From Spirochaetia bacterium (GTDB taxonomy: Bacteria; Spirochaetota; Spirochaetia; SZUA-6; Bin103), in assembly GCA_965203905.1 (NCBI GenBank), contig CBDBDQ010000005.1, positions 4,576,001 through 4,640,000 on the forward strand: a stretch of DNA of 64,000 nt. The letters run 5' to 3'. Positions within the stretch are counted from its first letter, which is position 1. Each line of letters begins with the position of its first letter. The notes under the pieces were generated by a model. That model worked only from the letters and a program-made list of their open reading frames with translations. It made no database searches and was not told the DNA's origin. The position numbers were made by a program, and so were the translations under genes. Below, one piece after another: positions 40,831 through 50,911 of this stretch.

Positions 40831-41170
40831 GATATCGACCCGGACCTATTATCGCGATTTCATGAAGACTCCCGGTTACGGCGGTCGGTCACCGCGCGGG
40901 GGCGCCACACCCGATCCCGAGGTGGTCCGATGTGGCGCTCGTCACTGGGTCCGCCGACTTCCGTGATCGACGAACAACTCAACCTCGTTCGGCCATAGCC
41001 CAACTCAATGGACACTCACTATACGGATCGAAGGTGCGCGATGTTACCGAAGCCCTCTCGTGCTCGGCCACTGGAACGCTATATTCCGTTGCAACCGAAG
41101 TACCGCCTCGGTCTATCCATGGGGTTGTGGTAAACCCACCGTGATGGTTCTAGGTCTGAAATGTGTACCA

Positions 41171-42082
41171 CTAAGAAAGTTTGACGAAGAGGTCCCTAAA
41201 TATCGGATTCCTGTGTAGGAATGTAGCGCTCCTCATAAGGTGCCGGGAATGATCCACACTCCAGGTGTGTTGATCGGTTAGGATCGGACTATGTGTAATC
41301 GTACTCGGTACCCAGTCCGAATTAACCAACCAGGCTATAGTAGAAATATCCCATATTTCTTTTGCCCAGGCAAAATGGTCTGCGGAGTAATCACAGAATA
41401 TTCTAAAGAGATAGTCACCAATCCTGCTCTTGCCCTTCAAATAGGCTGCGAGTTCTGGAACGGTTGTAAGCAGGTGTGAGCTCACTCCCAGGCATGGCAC
41501 CTGCACAAGCGGAACACCGCAATCAAAGATCAGGCGAGACGATACGATGTCCTGATCCGAATTGAAGTCGGGCGCCGTCTGGGGCCAATAGATGGGATGA
41601 CCAGCGAGCCACACCACGACGATTTTTTTCACAATATCCGGTTCGATCAGAATCGCTGAGGCGACGTTGGTTATGGCTCCAATTGCCACCACATACAGAG
41701 GCTCATCAGTCGGTTGCATCGCCCTAGCGACGAGATCCAAAGCAGCTTCACTTTTATATGGTTTATCCAAATTCTGTAAGAAGCCCTCCGATCCCTTGAA
41801 TGCGAATTGCTCAATGGAGATGTCCAATCGCTCTAACAGTCTAACTATCTCCGCATAGCTCTTGTCCATCCCGTCAGCGGGACCTGATGATCTACTATTG
41901 AGAAAAGGAGCAGCATAAATCGCCTCGACACTCAGGTGGTCGGTGGATCGCAGTGCATAAGCGACAGCAAATTGATCATCGATTTCGTTATAAGTGTCTG
42001 TATCCAGCACTGTCCTGACTTTGCTCGTAGGCGGCAACAATCTATCGAGTCGGTATTCATCGCTCAATTCAGGAAATCTCAT
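41171..42082 (-). CDS. Nucleoside hydrolase family protein
   Basis: LDTDTYNEIDD calcium motif, AIGAITNVASA, FN..QD; AT-rich; GGAGG RBS. Confidence 0.88.
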   Translation of the reverse strand: MRFPELSDEYRLDRLLPPTSKVRTVLDTDTYNEIDDQFAVAYALRSTDHLSVEAIYAAPFLNSRSSGPADGMDKSYAEIVRLLERLDISIEQFAFKGSEGFLQNLDKPYKSEAALDLVARAMQPTDEPLYVVAIGAITNVASAILIEPDIVKKIVVVWLAGHPIYWPQTAPDFNSDQDIVSSRLIFDCGVPLVQVPCLGVSSHLLTTVPELAAYLKGKSRIGDYLFRIFCDYSADHFAWAKEIWDISTIAWLVNSDWVPSTITHSPILTDQHTWSVDHSRHLMRSATFLHRNPIFRDLFVKLS

Positions 42083-42150
42083 GACACCTCCAAAGTGTAC
42101 AAAGTTGTACGATCATTTCCACCTCCTACGATATCGTGCGTATCAGTGTT

Positions 42151-43011
42151 TCAGGCTTTCAAACCACTGGTCGTGATACCTCTTACAAAATATCTTTGAA
42201 GAGGGAAAATCATGAATAGAGGAACAATCGCAGTAATAAAGCTTGCAACAGCGATGCGGTTCCAAAAGACTTCATGCTCTGATCTGGTAAGATACGCAAT
42301 GCTAACCTGCATCATTCTTAAGCTCTCTGTTTTGGCTGCTAGCAAAGGCCAGAAAAACGACTGCCACTGGGACAAGAACAATAACATTCCCGCGATAATG
42401 GCAGCGGGAGCAGATATTGGAACAAATACATTCCAGTAAATGCGGACCCAGCTGGAACCATCAACCAACGCGGCGTCTACAAGATCTTGAGGTATCCCCA
42501 AATAGAACTGCCGAAACAAGAATATACATAGACCGTTCGCGACTAAAGGAAGCACCAGCGCCATTATCGTATTGAGCCAGCCAAGCGCTTGAATAGTTAA
42601 GAAAAGTGGTACGACAACCGCCTCGAATGGAATCAGAAAAGACATTATGACCATAATAAATAATAGTCTCTTGGCGGGAAAATCGAATCTGGCGAAGCTA
42701 AATCCGGCCATCGAATTAACCAGGATTCCTGCAGCGATTGTAGCGACCGCGACAAGTATGGTTATGAAGATCGACTGTGCGAAGCCACCCTTAAATAGTG
42801 TAATCAAGGGCTCAACGGTAAACGGGGAGGGCACGAACGCCTTTATCGAAAAAGGTGATAGATCGGCAAAAACTCTATCCATCGGCTTGAATCCGGTCGG
42901 GATGATCCAAAAAAAAGGAAGTGTGATGAATACAGCGAATAGCGACATCAGAATGAGTCTGCTCAAATATACTACGCTGGTTCTTAATTTTCTGTCGAGA
43001 TCCGTGTTCAT
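42151..43011 (-). CDS. Carbohydrate ABC permease (MalG-like)
   Basis: IPQDLVDAALVDG EAA loop; QRYFVRGI..SGLK end. Confidence 0.92.
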   Translation of the reverse strand: MNTDLDRKLRTSVVYLSRLILMSLFAVFITLPFFWIIPTGFKPMDRVFADLSPFSIKAFVPSPFTVEPLITLFKGGFAQSIFITILVAVATIAAGILVNSMAGFSFARFDFPAKRLLFIMVIMSFLIPFEAVVVPLFLTIQALGWLNTIMALVLPLVANGLCIFLFRQFYLGIPQDLVDAALVDGSSWVRIYWNVFVPISAPAAIIAGMLLFLSQWQSFFWPLLAAKTESLRMMQVSIAYLTRSEHEVFWNRIAVASFITAIVPLFMIFPLQRYFVRGITTSGLKA

Positions 43012-43923
43012 TTACTTCTCAAGGGTTCTTTGCTCGATGAGAATGATCACCAGCAGTACCATAAAAAGGATACATGTAAGAGTAAGCGATCGGGGAAAGT
43101 CCAAATGAATAAATGCACTTGCATATGTCTCGTACATGAGGGTGTTCGTCGAGATCTGGGGGCCGCCCCTGGTGAGTACGTAAATCGGAGAAAACAATAA
43201 GAAATTCGCTGATGTGTCAGCAATCACGATGAACAATAACACTCTTCTTAGCAACGGTAGCGTAATGTACCAAAATGTGTTCCAGGCGTTGCTACCATCA
43301 ATGCGAGCCGCCTCGTAAATCGTACTTGGTATGTCCTTCAGACCGGCCAAGAAAAACAGCATCCAATAAGAAATTCCATACCAAGACGCGATCAGAATTA
43401 TGGAGAAGAGCGCTTGTTTTGGTGATGTCAAGAATGGTTGTGGTGGAACTCCGATCAACTTCAACATGCTATTGATAAGGCCTTGATTCGGAGCCATCAA
43501 CAATCCCCATGTGGATGATGCGATCGTTATCGACATTCCTATAGGAAGCAGGTAGAGTATCCTGAAAAGCCTGTTGGTAAGTCCACTCTTCTGTATCAAC
43601 AGAGCTACAATCAATGAAAAAGCAATTTGAAATGGGTTTATGATAAAATTGAAGACAAATGTAACTCTCAAAGAGATCCAAAAGACGGGATCATGAAGCA
43701 GATCTAGATAGTTTTGGAGACCGACGAACGTAGACTGTCCCGCGCGCGAATAATCCAACCGAAACAGGCTTCCCGTAAACGTATTTATGACAGGAACGAT
43801 TCGAAAAAGTATGAGACCCGTAATTGCCGGAACCAAAAAAAGGTACGCAGCAACAGTACGACGCATACTGGCGAGAGCGAAAAACCCTCGTCCAGTATGC
43901 TTCTTGGGTATGACCAAACGCAA
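43012..43923 (-). CDS. Carbohydrate ABC permease (MalF-like)
   Basis: FVGLQNY, IYEAARIDG, ITLPLL, LTRGGP. Confidence 0.92.
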   Translation of the reverse strand: MRLVIPKKHTGRGFFALASMRRTVAAYLFLVPAITGLILFRIVPVINTFTGSLFRLDYSRAGQSTFVGLQNYLDLLHDPVFWISLRVTFVFNFIINPFQIAFSLIVALLIQKSGLTNRLFRILYLLPIGMSITIASSTWGLLMAPNQGLINSMLKLIGVPPQPFLTSPKQALFSIILIASWYGISYWMLFFLAGLKDIPSTIYEAARIDGSNAWNTFWYITLPLLRRVLLFIVIADTSANFLLFSPIYVLTRGGPQISTNTLMYETYASAFIHLDFPRSLTLTCILFMVLLVIILIEQRTLEK

Positions 43924-43929
43924 CGGAGC

Positions 43930-45267
43930 TTAGCGGTATTTCACAGCTGCCCGTTCCAAGATATCCACATAGAGATCCAAAGTTTCTTTTGGATCCGCAC
44001 CATTGCGAATATCTTCGAATGCCTTGGCGACTTGATCCTCCCACTCGAGATACAAGGGCGTTGTCGGTCTTGGTTCCGCAGAATTAGCAAGCTCATGAAT
44101 CACTATATCACGCCAACTGCTATGGGGAAACTCAGCAAAATAGGGGTCTTCCGCTATTACCTCGGCCATTACCGTATTGGCGGTCATGAGCAGGCCCGTC
44201 GAAAACCAATCTTTCATTATGTCGTCGCTGGTGATATACTTAATAAACTGAACCGCAGCCTCGGGATTGTCACTGTATCGACTAACGCCGAGGTGCCATC
44301 CATTTGTGGCCGTAGCAGGCTTCCCATCTCCAAAATAGGGATGAGGTACTATGTCAAAATCTAATCGCCCTTCTTCTTTGGCCTTCATAAAGGCGCCGAT
44401 ATGCCAAGGGCCTCCAACATAGAAGCCGACGTCACCTGCGGCAAACACGCCTTCGGTCTGTTCTGGACCTATTCCTGGCGGGATTATCCTCAACGTATTG
44501 TTTAGATCATACCACCATTCCATAGCACGAATCCACCCTTCATTGTTGAGATATCCGTCTACATGCAGACCGTCCGGGCTGACTCCAGATCCTGCGCCTG
44601 CGGATTGCGGAATCGCAAGCATCTGATATGGACGACTGATTTGGTCGAACAACAGTCCCCATATTTTTGTTTCTCCAGGTTCGTTTAATAGTTGGATCTT
44701 TTGGGCAATTTCAACTACCTCATCCCAAGTCAATCGCTCATCAACATTGCGGGAAGGAATCGCAATCCCTGCTCTTCTGAAGAGTTCCTTATTTACGTAC
44801 ATGACCTGACTGGAATTCTCGAAAGGATAGGTGAACAGCTCACCATTCCAAGTCGCCATTCGAAGTGTAGCAGGAAAAAAACGTTCTTGTTCTTCTTCTG
44901 TTAAGTTATTACCCACTGGGATAAGGAATCCACGAACGGCATAAGAAGAAGTAAGTGGTGCATCGACGTACAAGACATCGACCTCGGAGCTCTTGGCGTT
45001 CATATATACTTCGATTGCCTGAAACAATTCTCGGAACGGGTGCAGCTCAACTTTCACGCTAATGCCAGTTTGCTCTTCAAACTTTCCAAGAACACTGTAC
45101 CCGTGTTTTTCTTCGAATGTGTCGAAAATACTTTCCACCCAACTACCAGCGATTAGTGTTATTTCGTCAGTGCCAACGGATTCTTGCGTGGCAGTGGCAA
45201 ATAACCTGTCCGCGCCCAGTAGTAATACTGAAACAATAATTCCGATACAAAGGGTCTTTAGTCGCAT
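43930..45267 (-). CDS. Sugar-type ABC substrate-binding protein (family 1)
   Basis: Signal peptide, YVNKELF..AG, TWDE, GGPW, NPEAA..F; GGAGGG RBS. Confidence 0.9.
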   Translation of the reverse strand: MRLKTLCIGIIVSVLLLGADRLFATATQESVGTDEITLIAGSWVESIFDTFEEKHGYSVLGKFEEQTGISVKVELHPFRELFQAIEVYMNAKSSEVDVLYVDAPLTSSYAVRGFLIPVGNNLTEEEQERFFPATLRMATWNGELFTYPFENSSQVMYVNKELFRRAGIAIPSRNVDERLTWDEVVEIAQKIQLLNEPGETKIWGLLFDQISRPYQMLAIPQSAGAGSGVSPDGLHVDGYLNNEGWIRAMEWWYDLNNTLRIIPPGIGPEQTEGVFAAGDVGFYVGGPWHIGAFMKAKEEGRLDFDIVPHPYFGDGKPATATNGWHLGVSRYSDNPEAAVQFIKYITSDDIMKDWFSTGLLMTANTVMAEVIAEDPYFAEFPHSSWRDIVIHELANSAEPRPTTPLYLEWEDQVAKAFEDIRNGADPKETLDLYVDILERAAVKYR

Positions 45268-45974
45268 TTCTTCCCTCCAATCCTTGTTTAGTAGGAAGTG
45301 GGGCAACACCGGATCCGGTTCCTGGTGTCGGCAGGATTCACCCAGCCGGAGTTGCCAACCAGAGCGGCATTCCGGATGATTTCAGAACGCTACGTGATCA
45401 TTTCCTCCTCCCCAGGCTGGATATGCTATCATTGGGAACTAGCCGGGTGGAGACAGGGTATAGGCGTATCGAGTAGACGTCAACGACGCTGAGCGACGCG
45501 ATCGACTGAGTCATATTTCGGGTAATGAGAAGCAATTAAGAAGATATGGGTGGTTGGTTGGATAGCGCCGTTGGACTCGATGTAGTGGGTTGGGGCCGAT
45601 AGGGATGTGATCTCGCTTTCCGGCCGTCGGACTTGAGGCGTGCTCCCGGGGCGGGGTGAGGTGCCGTGGTATTTCGATGCCTACTTGATCTGCTTCGTTG
45701 CGACGGCGGCGGAAGGCACGTTCGGATTCTTCAGCAAGGGTGCGGCTTGCGACGATTCTCGCGAGCGGGCGTGGCCCACGGTGTCAACTCCGGCGAAGAG
45801 GTCTTCGTCATCGACACCGAAAAGACATGACCGGACGGGCCGATCTGCACCGGGGCCTTGTCGGCCTCGGGTTCCGGCGTGACCCACCGTAGCAAGCCGA
45901 TATGGTCGCCGGGCGTCCTCGCGTACGGTGCCGTGATAGGCGGAGAGCGGCCCGCAGGCAACCCGCGGCACTGC

Positions 45975-47483
45975 CTAACGAGCCATGGGACCGGCCCAGC
46001 TCGCCTCCTCCATGTTGGTCAGGTCTTCCCACGGATACAGCGGCCGCGTCGTCTGCGTGAACTGGAACGGCTTCAGATACGGTGACGAGCAGCCGGGCGC
46101 GGTGCAGAACAGAATGCCCGCCGCAAACGGCTGGTAGTCGTTGCGGAAGCCCTCCGGGCTCTTGGCGAGCACGATCTTGAAGTCCCGTGGATCGACCCCC
46201 GCAGCATGGTAGAGGAGCGGCGAGCTGCCGGGGCCGCTCTTCTCTACCAGCACCACGGTGACCTCGCCCGCGCGGATGCGCGCCATGCGTCCCATGTGGA
46301 CCGGGAAGTTGTGGCCGCCATGGCCGCTCAGCCGGTAAGCCAGCGTGCCCAGCCGCTCCACGTGCGCGCTCACCGCCAGCGGCTCGGAGTACGGATCGCG
46401 CTTGCCGCCGACGCTCAGTTGCACCGTGGCGCCGACGCCGGCCTGGGTGCAGCGGTCAACCGACTCCGGGTCCACGCAGAAAGCCAGCGCCCCCCCGCCG
46501 CCGATCGGCTCGCCGAGCAGCGCCGCCAGCAGGTGCGTGCTGTCGCCGGGCGCTCCGCTGTTGGTGGCGTCGTGGAACTCCGACACCGCCACCGGCCCGC
46601 CGTCGATGGCGCGCGCCGCGGCAACCAGCTCGTCGGGGGTAATGAACCGCTCTTCCTCCGTGTAGCCGCGCGTCGCCCAGCACTCCCGCGCGACCGACTG
46701 CGGATCCAGCGGCGGCTCCACGCCCCAATATGCCTGGTAGAAGGCCCAGCCCAGGTACGGGGCGTCGAGCCACGCCTGCACCGGGTACAGGCCGATCGAG
46801 GCCACGTCTTCCGCCGCTTCGGCCGCCACGATGCGGCGCCACAGCTCGCGCTGGATGCCGCGGTCGGTGGAGCGGCCGTCGCCGTTGTGCACCATCGGCA
46901 TCTTCCAGGCGCTCACCGCCGGCCGCTCGGGAGTGTCCAGCAGGCGCGCCAGCACCGCGGCGGCGCGAGCGCCGGTCAGGTCCTCATCGACGTGCGGATG
47001 GGTGTGATAGCCGACCAGCACATCGGCCGCGCGCACCATGAGCGGCGTCAGGTTGGCGTGCAGATCCAGCGTGGCCACCACCGGCGTGCCCGGCCCGACC
47101 GCCCCGCGGATTGCCTCCAGCACCCGTCCCGACACGTCCGGGTCGTCCACCGCCAATTGCGCGCCGTGCAGGGAGAGCAGCACGCCGTCGACCGCACCGC
47201 CGCGCAACGGCTCGACGGTCATCTCGATCAGCTCGGCCAGCAGGCCGCGAGCGAGCGGGCCGCCCGACCAGGAAACCGCCCGGCACAGGCCGACCCACTC
47301 CACGGGCTGGCCGAGGATCTGCGGCAGCTCGGTGAACCCGGACAGCTCGCCCACGTCCCCGTAGCGCTCGACGATGTCAGCGCCGCGGACCAGACCGTAG
47401 TCCTCGAAGTGGGAGCGCTCGGTGAGCACGGGATTGAAGCTGTTGGTCTCCTGGCGGACCTGCCCTATGGCGATACGTTTCAT
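45975..47483 (-). CDS. MlrC / peptidase M81 family metallohydrolase
   Basis: QETNSF, LHGA, DLHAN, HPHVD, GAPGDST. Confidence 0.9.
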   Translation of the reverse strand: MKRIAIGQVRQETNSFNPVLTERSHFEDYGLVRGADIVERYGDVGELSGFTELPQILGQPVEWVGLCRAVSWSGGPLARGLLAELIEMTVEPLRGGAVDGVLLSLHGAQLAVDDPDVSGRVLEAIRGAVGPGTPVVATLDLHANLTPLMVRAADVLVGYHTHPHVDEDLTGARAAAVLARLLDTPERPAVSAWKMPMVHNGDGRSTDRGIQRELWRRIVAAEAAEDVASIGLYPVQAWLDAPYLGWAFYQAYWGVEPPLDPQSVARECWATRGYTEEERFITPDELVAAARAIDGGPVAVSEFHDATNSGAPGDSTHLLAALLGEPIGGGGALAFCVDPESVDRCTQAGVGATVQLSVGGKRDPYSEPLAVSAHVERLGTLAYRLSGHGGHNFPVHMGRMARIRAGEVTVVLVEKSGPGSSPLLYHAAGVDPRDFKIVLAKSPEGFRNDYQPFAAGILFCTAPGCSSPYLKPFQFTQTTRPLYPWEDLTNMEEASWAGPMAR

Positions 47484-47500
47484 CGCTGCTATTTCGCGGA

Positions 47501-47549
47501 CGGTATCGCGTCCAATGCTACCGACACGCAAGCATCAGGAGTAGGGGTC
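47501..47549. repeat. 49-bp direct repeat, copy B
   Basis: Covers the last codons (DPYS-stop) of the DppC-like permease and the spacer downstream of it; matches 40253-40301. Confidence 0.9.
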
Positions 47550-48653
47550 TGCCGCGTCGCGCAGGCCGTCGCCGAGGAAGTTGTACAGCAGCACGGTGAG
47601 CACCACGAACAGGCAGGGGATCAACAGCCACGGCTGGCGCGACACCGCCTGGAAGTTCTGCGCGTCCTGCAGCAGCGTTCCCCAGCTCACCGCGGGCGGC
47701 TGGATCCCCAGGCCGAGAAAGCTGAGCGCGGTCTCGCCGAGGATCATGCCGGGGATCGCCAGCGTCAGGGACACGATCACGTAGCTCAGGAACGACGGCA
47801 GCAGGTGGCCGAAGATGATGGCGCGCTCGCTGGCCGCCGCCACCACCGCCGCCATCACGAAATCCTCCTCGCGCAGCGACAGGAAGCGGCCGCGCACCAC
47901 GCGCGCCAGGTGGGTCCACCCCACCAGCGACAGGATCAGGGTGATCGCGAAGTAGGTGGTGAGCACCGACCACTGCCGGGGCACCGCCGCCGCCAGCCCC
48001 ATCCACAGGGGAATGGTAGGGATCGAGGCCAGCAGGTCGACCAGCCGCATCACCACGCGGTCCACCACGCCGCCGAAGTAGCCCGCCACGCCGCCGAGCA
48101 GCACCCCCAGCACGGTGCTGATCAGCACCCCCGCCAGGCCGATCGACAGCGAGATGCGCGCCGCGTGCAGCACCCGCGAGAACAGGTCGCGCCCCAACCG
48201 GTCGGTGCCGAACAGGAACAGGGGAGCGCCCTCGGCGGCGGGCACGAACAGGTGGGTGCGGGTCTTGAAGGTGCCCCAGAAGCGGTATTCCTCGCCTTGC
48301 GCGAGAAAGCGCACCCGGTAGCGCCGCTCGCGGTCCGGCTCGTAGATCTTGCGCATGGTGTGCGGGTGGCGCTCCACGCGCAGGCCGTACACGAATGCAC
48401 CACCGCTGTCGCCGGCGCCGAGCAGGCGGATGCGGTTGGGAGGGGCGCTCAGGTAGTCGGGGAAGCGCGTGCTGACGCCGTAGGGCGCGATGAAGTCGGC
48501 GAACAGCGCTACCAGGTAGATGCACGCCAGGGCGGGGCCGGCCACCAGCGCGAGCCGGTGGCGGCGGAACTTCCACCACATCATCTGCCACTGCGAGGCG
48601 ACGAAGTAGCTCTCGTCGGTGGTGCGGATGCGGGTCCGGGCGCGGGCGGTCAT
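47535..48653 (-). CDS. Dpp/Opp-type ABC permease (DppC-like)
   Basis: GTDRLGRDLFSR, ETALSFLGLG, NFLGDGLRDAADP. Confidence 0.93.
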   Translation of the reverse strand: MTARARTRIRTTDESYFVASQWQMMWWKFRRHRLALVAGPALACIYLVALFADFIAPYGVSTRFPDYLSAPPNRIRLLGAGDSGGAFVYGLRVERHPHTMRKIYEPDRERRYRVRFLAQGEEYRFWGTFKTRTHLFVPAAEGAPLFLFGTDRLGRDLFSRVLHAARISLSIGLAGVLISTVLGVLLGGVAGYFGGVVDRVVMRLVDLLASIPTIPLWMGLAAAVPRQWSVLTTYFAITLILSLVGWTHLARVVRGRFLSLREEDFVMAAVVAAASERAIIFGHLLPSFLSYVIVSLTLAIPGMILGETALSFLGLGIQPPAVSWGTLLQDAQNFQAVSRQPWLLIPCLFVVLTVLLYNFLGDGLRDAADPYS

Positions 48654-49648
48654 GTTTCCAGTTGATCGAACCGGATGCGCGGATCGACCCAGGCCAGCAC
48701 GATGTCGGAGATCAGGTTGCCCACCAGCACCAGCGCCGACAGCACCATGATGAAGCTGCCCGCCAGGTACATGTCCTGCGCCACCAGCGCGCCCAGCAGC
48801 ACCGGTCCGGTGGTGGGCAGGTTGAGTACGATCGAGGTGATGGTGGCCCCGGAGATGATGCTCGGCAGCAGCCAGCCGATGCCGCTGATGATCGGGTTGA
48901 TCGCCAGCCGCACCGGGTACTTGAACAGCAGGTGGCGCTCGCCGACTCCCTTGGCGCGCGCGGTCACCACGTACTGCTTGCGCAACTCGTCGAGCAAGGT
49001 GGCGCGCATGATCCGGATCAGCGCGGCCATTCCCGCCGTGCCCACCACCAGCACCGGCGCCCACAGCCGCTGCAGCAGGTTCCACACCCGCGCCAGGCTC
49101 CACGGCGCGTCCACGAACTCGGAGCCGAACAGACCGGTGATGGCGACGCCGAAGTAGCGGAACGAGATCCACAGCAGCACCAGGGCGAGCAGGAAGTTGG
49201 GGATCGCCAGCCCGGCGAAGCCCCAGAAGGTCCAGAAGTAGTCGAAGAACGAGTACTGGCGCACCGCCGAGAACACCCCGATCGGCACCGCCACCACGTA
49301 GGTGAAGATCAAGGTGGAGATCGCCACCAGCAGGGTCAGCCCGAGGCGCTCGCCGATCACCACCGACACCGGCCGGTCGTGGGCGAACGACCAGCCCAGG
49401 TTGCCGCGGGTGACGATGTTGCGCAGCCAGGTGAAGTAGCGGGCGTACACCGGCTTGTCGAGCCCGTAGAAGGCCGACAGGTTGGCCACCTGCGCCTCGG
49501 TGACGCGGTTGCCCTGCGACTCCAGCGTGAGCACGTAGGAGGTGAGGTAGTCGCCCGGCGGCAACTCGATGATCAGGAAGCTCAGCGCCGAGACCAGCAG
49601 CAGGAGCGGGACGAAGCCCGCTACCCGCCGCGCGATGTAGACCAGCAC
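48650..49648 (-). CDS. Dpp/Opp-type ABC permease (DppB-like)
   Basis: LPPGD, YGLDKP, YVVTARAKG, SDIVLAWVDPRIR. Confidence 0.93.
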   Translation of the reverse strand: MLVYIARRVAGFVPLLLLVSALSFLIIELPPGDYLTSYVLTLESQGNRVTEAQVANLSAFYGLDKPVYARYFTWLRNIVTRGNLGWSFAHDRPVSVVIGERLGLTLLVAISTLIFTYVVAVPIGVFSAVRQYSFFDYFWTFWGFAGLAIPNFLLALVLLWISFRYFGVAITGLFGSEFVDAPWSLARVWNLLQRLWAPVLVVGTAGMAALIRIMRATLLDELRKQYVVTARAKGVGERHLLFKYPVRLAINPIISGIGWLLPSIISGATITSIVLNLPTTGPVLLGALVAQDMYLAGSFIMVLSALVLVGNLISDIVLAWVDPRIRFDQLET

Positions 49649-49810
49649 CGGGGTGGCGACGCCCTCAGCCCCGCGCGCGCGGAACGTGCGGCGCCGCCGG
49701 CCCCGGCGAGAGCGTGCCTGTCAATACCGTGTCAACTGACCGAGAATAGCGGCCACCGCGTACCGCCCCATGCCTCGTTTCATGGTGTTCAGTGTCACGG
49801 AGTGACCGTG

Positions 49811-50911
49811 CTAATTCCCGTAGAAGAGCTGCTCGGCGCTGTAGATCACCCACTGTGCCACGCCCTCGGTGAACACGTTGTCGAGCCGGTCGTTGACGAT
49901 CAGCACCGTGCCCGGATTGTAGGTCACGTTGATCTGCGGAATGGTGTCGTAGAAGGTCTGCTGGTAGCGGTCGACGATCTCCTGGTCCCACGGGATCCCG
50001 GGACCGATGCCGATGCCCAGCGCGTACAGCTCCTGGAACCATTCCGGCGGTTCTTCGCCCTCGGCGCCGTCGGAGTGGTACCACTGCCGCCACAACGGGA
50101 TGTGGTGGATCAGGTGGTGCTTGGCGTGGCCGAAGGCGTGCATGGTGGTGGCCTCGTTCCATACCGTGTCGATCTGCAGTTGATTGGCGTTGCGGTGCTC
50201 GAACAGGAGGCCGATCTCCACCACCTTGAGGGTGGTGAAGATGCCCACCGCCTTGTAGTGCTCGGCGACCAGCTCGTTGGCCGGCACCGTGTCCGGCAGG
50301 TGCGCCGCCACCTCCAGGTTGATCTCGAAGCGCTCGCCGTCCGGGCCCAGCCGCCAGCCGTCGTTGTCGCGCTTGTCGAGGCCCACCTCGTCGAGCAGCC
50401 GGTTGGCTTCCTCGGGATTGAACTCGGCCGGTACCCACACCGGCGGCGAGGCGAAGCCGTAGTACACCGCGTCGATGATCTCGTCGCGGTTGATCGCCAG
50501 GTTCAGCGCTTTGCGGAAGCGCAGGTCGCCGGCGAACTGGCGCCACACCGGATCGTCGTAGGCGAAGTTGAAGGCGTGCACCACCGGGTTGTAGGGGACT
50601 CCCGAGCCGAGCGCCCGGTAACCGTTGCCCTCGTTCTCGCGGTACAGGGGCAACGACGAGATCTTGGCCAGCTCGTCGGCCAGGTCCACCTCGCCGGCGA
50701 TGATCTTCAGGTTGGCGCCCTCCGGACCCTCCACCTTGGCGCTGACGATGCGGTCGATGTAGGGGAGCTGGTTGCCGGCCGCGTCCACCTTGAAGTAGTA
50801 GGGGTTGCGCTCGAATATCGTCTGCGTCGGCGTGCTGCTGGTAACCAGCCACGGGTGCAGCACCGGAATGTCGACCACGTCGGGGGTCTTGCCTTCCCAC
50901 GGGGTCAGCAT
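49811..50911 (-). pseudogene. C-terminal half of a family-5 ABC substrate-binding protein
   Basis: ERNPYYFKVDAAGNQLPYIDRI, FRKALNLAINRDEI. No signal peptide, and the first ~270 aa are missing relative to the paralogue at 58280. Confidence 0.85.

Noticed and set aside
40830-41170. Unannotated stretch at the left edge of the AT-rich island
   Set aside because: Only short ORFs with no recognisable similarity; probably decayed sequence.
45640-45971. Several overlapping 64-96 aa ORFs at the right edge of the island
   Set aside because: No consistent frame, RBS or motif, so no product can be supported.
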